Assembly: GCF_010672455.1 (NCBI RefSeq)
Contig: NZ_JAAHGO010000007.1
Span: 306,659 to 338,658 of the forward strand
Source: Okeania sp. SIO2C9
GTDB lineage: Bacteria; Cyanobacteriota; Cyanobacteriia; Cyanobacteriales; Microcoleaceae
Length of the DNA stretch: 32,000 bases
Direction: 5' to 3'
Shown piece after piece: positions 28,501 through 32,000 of this stretch. Made by a program: the position numbers and the translations under genes. Position 1 is the first letter of the stretch; each line of letters opens with the position of its first letter. The notes below the pieces were generated by a model, which was given only the letters and a program-made list of their open reading frames with translations, was not told the origin of the DNA and ran no database searches.

Positions 28501-30707
28501 ATAGTGGAGGTAATGTAGAAATTACTACAGGTGATACTCTCAGGATAAGAGGTACTTTTTTAGACCAAAATCAGAATATTGCTAGTATTTCTACCGCAGG
28601 AGAGGTAGTGGGGGGAAATATTGCTATTAGTACTGGAAATACACCTTTTATCGTTGGAGATGCTACAACTAATGGTTCTGTAGGAGCAATAACAGATGGA
28701 AAATCAACAGTTTCACCCGATCGCTCTCTACCTAGTAGTTTTCAACTCAAAGAAGTAGAGAACTCTCAACCACAAAATTCTGACACTACTGAAACCACAA
28801 CGGAATCAGAAAGTCAAGAAAATCAACCTCACTCAGAAGAATCAACTCCTCAAAATGTCACTCAACCAGAATCGACAGAATCTAGTAATTCTGAGGAAAA
28901 TCAAACTACTACCATTACCGAAACTCAAATAGAATTAGTTGAGGAGCCAAAAAATATAGAGGAACCGCAAACTCAAATTCCCCCTGAAGTAGATAACGAG
29001 GAACCCTCAAACACAGATCAAGATATACAGATAGTATCTCAAAACCCCGAATCAAACTCACAAATTTTAGATAATTCTGAACCTACTGCCCCTATTGCAG
29101 AAAACATTGCATCCTCAATGAGTAGTTCAGAAGAACCTACGACCCCTATTGCAGAAAACATTGCATCCTCAATGAGTAGTTCAGAAGAACAAATTATCCC
29201 ATTAGTTGTGGAAAATCAAAATCAAAATCAAAATCAAAATCAAAATCAAACTACATTGGAATTTGACCAACCGAATAACTCTCAACTTGTTGTCGAAAAT
29301 GTGGAGACAAATATTCTTGTAGAAGATACTAATTCCAGTTCAATTGCATCAGTTTTAGAACAAACTGTTGCTATAGAAAATCCCGTCCAAGGTAAGTCCT
29401 CTCAGAAACAAACTCCAACTATAGTCGTAGAAGAAAATATGACTACCACTGCTTCCGAAATTTCTCGCAACGATAATTACAATCAAGTTAGTTTAACTGA
29501 TACCCTATCGCAAATAGAGTTAAACAGAGGCAGAGAATTCGCGGGTTATTTAGGAAAAAATATTACTAAAAAAACTGTCACAGCAGCAAATATCCGAAAT
29601 ACTCTCAGTAGCGTTGAAAAAATAGGCATCAGACCAGCAATTATATATGTATCTGCACAACCCAATAATTTAGAACTGCAATTGTTTTTGCCAAACGGTA
29701 AACCTATCGTCAGAAGTAGTGGGCAAACAAGAGATGAAGTGATTGAGGTTGCCAAAAAATTTACAAATCAGATTAGGACTCCCAGTCAATTAAATTCTGA
29801 TAATTATTTACCAAATGCTCAAAAATTACATCAATGGTTAATTGCACCAATTGCTGAAGAATTGGCAAATCATAATATTAATACGATCATTTTTTCGATG
29901 GATAGCGGTTTGCGAACTCTTCCCATAGCCGCTCTACATGATGGTCAACAATTCCTGGTCGAAAAATATAGTTTGGGATTAATTCCTAGTTTTACTTTAA
30001 CTGATACAACGTATGTTGGATTAAATGGTTCTCAAGTTTTGGCAATGGGAGCATCTGAATTTCCTGGTAATACCGAGCAAACTCCTCTGCCAGCAGTACC
30101 TGTAGAACTTAAAAGCATCGTGAATAATCTTTGGCCTGGTAAATCTTTTTTGAATCAAGGATTTACTCTCGAAAATTTAAAGCAGCAAAGTAGCAAAGAA
30201 AAATTCAAAATTATTCATTTAGCTACTCATGGAGAATTTCATCCAGGGGGTGCTGACAATTCTTATATTCAATTCTGGGATACTAAGTTACGCTTAAATG
30301 AATTACGCCAGTTACGTTTGTATAATACACAGGTAGAGTTATTAGTTTTGAGTGCTTGTACTACTGCAGTCGGAGATGAAGAAGCTGAGTTAGGTTTTGC
30401 TGGGTTAGCAGTGCAAGCGGGAGTCAAGTCTGCTTTGGCAAGTCTTTGGTACGTTAGTGATACTGGTACATTAGCTTTAATGACTGAGTTTTATCAGAGT
30501 TTATCTAACAGACCAATTAAAGCAGCAGCATTACGACAGGCCCAGTTAGCAATGTTACGGGGAGAGTTGCATTTACAAGATGGTCATATACTCCGAAATG
30601 GTAATAAACATCTACCTCTACCACGGGAGTTAGCTAGAGGAGGTAGAAGGGATTTATCTCATCCTTATTATTGGGCAGCATTTACGATGATTGGTTCGCC
30701 ATGGTAA
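25539..30707 (+). CDS. Giant secreted protein: filamentous-haemagglutinin-type TPS domain - beta-helix repeats - low-complexity acidic/polar linker - C-terminal CHAT (caspase-like) protease domain
   Basis: TPS region: FDITGGKQSKDNTNLFHSFERFNLGENQIVNF...ILTRVTGGDASVINGLIQV...NLLIMNSAGIIFGANARLDV. Repetitive GGNI(D/T)I-type beta-helix turns follow. The linker is E/S/T/Q/N-rich. The CHAT dyad is IIHLATHGEF (His codon 30228-30230) and LLVLSACTTAVG (Cys codon 30357-30359). The start codon (25539) is uncertain. Confidence 0.85.
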   Translation: MNHAPIYKIYQILIAVPLTGLWILDTAALLPFHDKENNGRLRMISWKILSAKIASAQTSTQPIVPEENSTNTVVTPVIPSPDSSQTRFDITGGKQSKDNTNLFHSFERFNLGENQIVNFISNPNIKNILTRVTGGDASVINGLIQVTGGNSNLLIMNSAGIIFGANARLDVPASFVVTTGSGIGFDSGWFNSIGENNYDILTGNPSAFSFPMTSPGVILNEGELTVEAGESIILLGGTIINTGKISAPGGEITISTVPGENLVRISQEGRLLNLEIATEDGGISNDLPEELHSLNPLSIPELLTGNSEVMEMATGVRVNDNNEVVLTGSNQVIPTDLGTTIVSGSLDISWAENSELANTSRINIFGEKVGLFNAKLNASGLYGSGNIRIGGDSQGLGTAPRATRTYVDENTEIFTTSFRDEGGNIVIWSDEETSFFGKIEAIGRIEEQSISAEQNSSKNLVEVSSQGNLIFDGTVNLGSPDVLGSLSFKAENINIVDTNIEIADNPLRGETAIESQISKSSIESISDSTNITFQASDNITINNLSETQLSFAQTKGEISFVADSDENGLGSLTIDSENTINTQGAAVNISGTTINTGDINTEGGELNLTSSQGFVMTNNLSTTNSNMTVESNGGNIDITAQGDITTGEIDASGDSRGGNITMNAATNIDTESINAEGQQSGGNIDIRAQGDITTGEIDASGDSRGGNITINATTDIDTESIHAEGRQSGGNIDIRAGNTLNLRGISTSSGSRETGNISITGNEINLLGGENSVSSNGRLILQPASENQNITLGGFENIEGTDGNLPLHLTTGDLVTLANGFESVTIGKSENSGNITIASTESSNNNGVVFNDPTTIQAETITGTGTITGVDNAQITINANSDISTGNISTSTGISITSIQGNVKTGDVTANISDNSIGNIDIASSGSIETGKLTTTRTTAGGNINLQAGDRITIGRINSSATPGNAGEVKLNAENAIEVISIQAEGGNSGGNVEITTGDTLRIRGTFLDQNQNIASISTAGEVVGGNIAISTGNTPFIVGDATTNGSVGAITDGKSTVSPDRSLPSSFQLKEVENSQPQNSDTTETTTESESQENQPHSEESTPQNVTQPESTESSNSEENQTTTITETQIELVEEPKNIEEPQTQIPPEVDNEEPSNTDQDIQIVSQNPESNSQILDNSEPTAPIAENIASSMSSSEEPTTPIAENIASSMSSSEEQIIPLVVENQNQNQNQNQNQTTLEFDQPNNSQLVVENVETNILVEDTNSSSIASVLEQTVAIENPVQGKSSQKQTPTIVVEENMTTTASEISRNDNYNQVSLTDTLSQIELNRGREFAGYLGKNITKKTVTAANIRNTLSSVEKIGIRPAIIYVSAQPNNLELQLFLPNGKPIVRSSGQTRDEVIEVAKKFTNQIRTPSQLNSDNYLPNAQKLHQWLIAPIAEELANHNINTIIFSMDSGLRTLPIAALHDGQQFLVEKYSLGLIPSFTLTDTTYVGLNGSQVLAMGASEFPGNTEQTPLPAVPVELKSIVNNLWPGKSFLNQGFTLENLKQQSSKEKFKIIHLATHGEFHPGGADNSYIQFWDTKLRLNELRQLRLYNTQVELLVLSACTTAVGDEEAELGFAGLAVQAGVKSALASLWYVSDTGTLALMTEFYQSLSNRPIKAAALRQAQLAMLRGELHLQDGHILRNGNKHLPLPRELARGGRRDLSHPYYWAAFTMIGSPW

Positions 30708-31357
30708 AAGAAGGAAGAAGGAAGAAGGAAGAAGGAAAAATAGGGAAACAATTTATCGCTCCAACAGTTTCACAAGAAAAAATAGAAAGTTCAACTTTGC
30801 TCTCCTGCGATCGCTATTCAATACCGTTCTACATACCATCCAGGAATACCATAGTTCCATCCTCTCATAGTTTCAAAAGGGTCTGCTCTTGTTAGTCTCT
30901 GATCGTCAGACACAGCTACCAGAGGTTTTAAGTTATTGTTAATTTGTTGTTTTTCAGTTACGTTGTTCAAAGTATTTCGTGGGAGATTTTTTTCTTTCTC
31001 AATCATTTTTTTTGATTCAAATTGTTTGCTAATTTAACATTAACCTACTTATTAAATTAATCAATCCCTCTGGTCGTTAATCTCAATATTTCATTAAATA
31101 AATTTAAACTTTGTAATGTATGTTTAGGAATCCCGCGCTGTCTCGTAGAGCAGCGTCGGGAGGATGTCAAAAGAATGATTATTATTATGAGAAAAACATT
31201 GAATTTTTGAAAGGGATTATATCTTTTAAACCCTTACCCCACAATAGTTTTGAGGCGCTTGTCACCCCGTGAGGTTTCTAGGTGTCTTTTTCTCCCCCTA
31301 ACTCCACATTCCCCTCCAGGGAGGGGTTATATCAAATCCGTTTAATTCGGCACTTCA

Positions 31358-31563
31358 ACAATTAATAATGAATAATGAATAATGAATAATTACCTCTCTA
31401 TGAATTGAAGAGGATTGACAAATTCATGAAAATTTTTCTTCACAGGAGTCGATTGGATATGGCTCCGAGACCTCGCCATCCCACCCAACGGGGAAGCTGC
31501 GAAGATCGACCGCTTATTATCCCCTTAAAAGGGGAGGCGCATACCCACAATTTTTCGGTAAAA
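31358..31563 (+). mobile_element. MITE family 2 copy, long variant
   Basis: (AATAATG)n then ATTACCTCTCTATGAATTGAAGAGGATTGAC...GGAGTCGATTGGATATGGCTCCGAGACCTCGCCATCCCACCC...GATCGACCGC...CCCCTTAAAAGGGGAGGCGCATACCCACAATTTTTCGGTAAA. Confidence 0.8.
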
Positions 31564-31620
31564 AATGTTCCATCTTCAACCATTACCAAATATTTCTAGA
31601 TATCCCCATCTCCCTATCTC

Positions 31621-31668
31621 CCCTACTCCCCTACTCCCCTACTCCCCTACTCCCCTACTCCCCTACTC
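31621..31668. repeat. Octamer tandem repeat (CCCTACTC) x6
   Basis: Six perfect units read directly. They are preceded by the related TCCCTATCTC. Confidence 0.95.
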
Positions 31669-31821
31669 ACCATCTAATTACACTGATGCTACCGGATTTG
31701 ATATTAGGGGTGGGTATCCACACTCCCTATCAATTATTCTCTAGTGAGAATAAATTAACCCTGCCCTCCGAGGGAGCTACACTATCGGATAATTTAGTTA
31801 TAATAAAATTTGTGTTTGTTT

Positions 31822-31874
31822 GTAGTTGGACTTTAGCCCTAATATAAGTATTGTCAGGGCTAAAGCCCAACTAC
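31822..31874. repeat. 19-bp-stem hairpin / palindromic element
   Basis: GTAGTTGGACTTTAGCCCT - 15 nt - AGGGCTAAAGCCCAACTAC, with one mismatch in the stem. Confidence 0.7.
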
Positions 31875-32000
31875 GAAGCCCTACTATCAAAATAATATGA
31901 GTCTGGCAACCCCGCCTTTTAAGGCGATCGGGTTTTTGGAGCGGGGCTTAAATCCCCTAATTCCCCTCCACGGTCGGGGGAGGGGCTAGGGGTGGGTTAA

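Noticed and set aside
25718-29755. Seven minus-strand ORFs of 61-102 aa (25718, 27371, 27411, 27899, 27957, 28235, 29546)
   Set aside because: These are shadow ORFs antisense to the 1722-aa gene. They arise from its repetitive, stop-poor codon composition and have no independent signals.
30671-30895. 74-aa ORF overlapping the end of the CHAT gene
   Set aside because: It starts inside the CHAT gene in another frame and runs through a (GAAGGAA)n array. The composition is not protein-like.
31405-31599. 64-aa ORF
   Set aside because: It lies completely within the long family 2 MITE copy.
1-32000. TAA reassigned as a sense codon (two in-frame TAAs at 9849 and 12291)
   Set aside because: TAA cleanly terminates several full-length conserved genes here (for example at 798-800, 6125-6127 and 7176-7178). 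Ordinary nonsense mutations are the simpler explanation.

Overview
This is an AT-rich chromosomal segment that looks cyanobacterial, probably from a filamentous, Nostocales-like organism. The evidence is GCGATCGC (HIP1) octamers (e.g. 687-694, 5529-5536, 15724-15731, 16774-16781, 22398-22405, 24330-24337), many heptamer STRR arrays, a DapL-type aminotransferase, and a giant FhaB-TPS/CHAT protein. I support about 15 genes. Intact-looking genes: an ABC1 kinase (partial), a DUF5009 membrane protein, a glycine-zipper protein, a REC-GAF-GGDEF regulator, dapL, an HSDR_N-like PD-(D/E)XK protein, a Panacea (DUF4065) antitoxin with a RelE/ParE-like toxin, a di-iron desaturase-like protein, coaE, and a 1722-aa TPS/beta-helix/CHAT protein. 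Five genes are visibly broken. (1) A CARF-HEPN-mCpol-like fusion at 2017-4009 carries frameshifts and two MITEs. (2) A polysaccharide deacetylase/phosphodiester glycosidase has an in-frame TAA. (3) A Tat-lipoprotein metallophosphoesterase has an in-frame TAA behind its signal peptide. (4) A C5 DNA methyltransferase is split by a repeat element. (5) Its cognate restriction endonuclease is split by a MITE. Much of the non-coding space is at least four families of non-autonomous, MITE-like elements, often nested and associated with STRR arrays. There is also a tandem array of roughly 275-bp decaying copies of the 3' end of the phosphoesterase gene. No rRNA, tRNA, CRISPR array, transposase or reverse transcriptase could be supported. 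The best candidates for something new are four. First, the decayed single-chain CARF-HEPN-minimal-polymerase gene. Second, the small defence islet at 16.9-21.5 kb (PD-(D/E)XK, PanA-toxin, MITE-riddled R-M). Third, a GC-rich hairpin module that shows compensatory changes between copies. Fourth, MITEs whose internal heptamer cassette differs in every copy. All domain calls come from motif reading by eye and need profile or structure searches.
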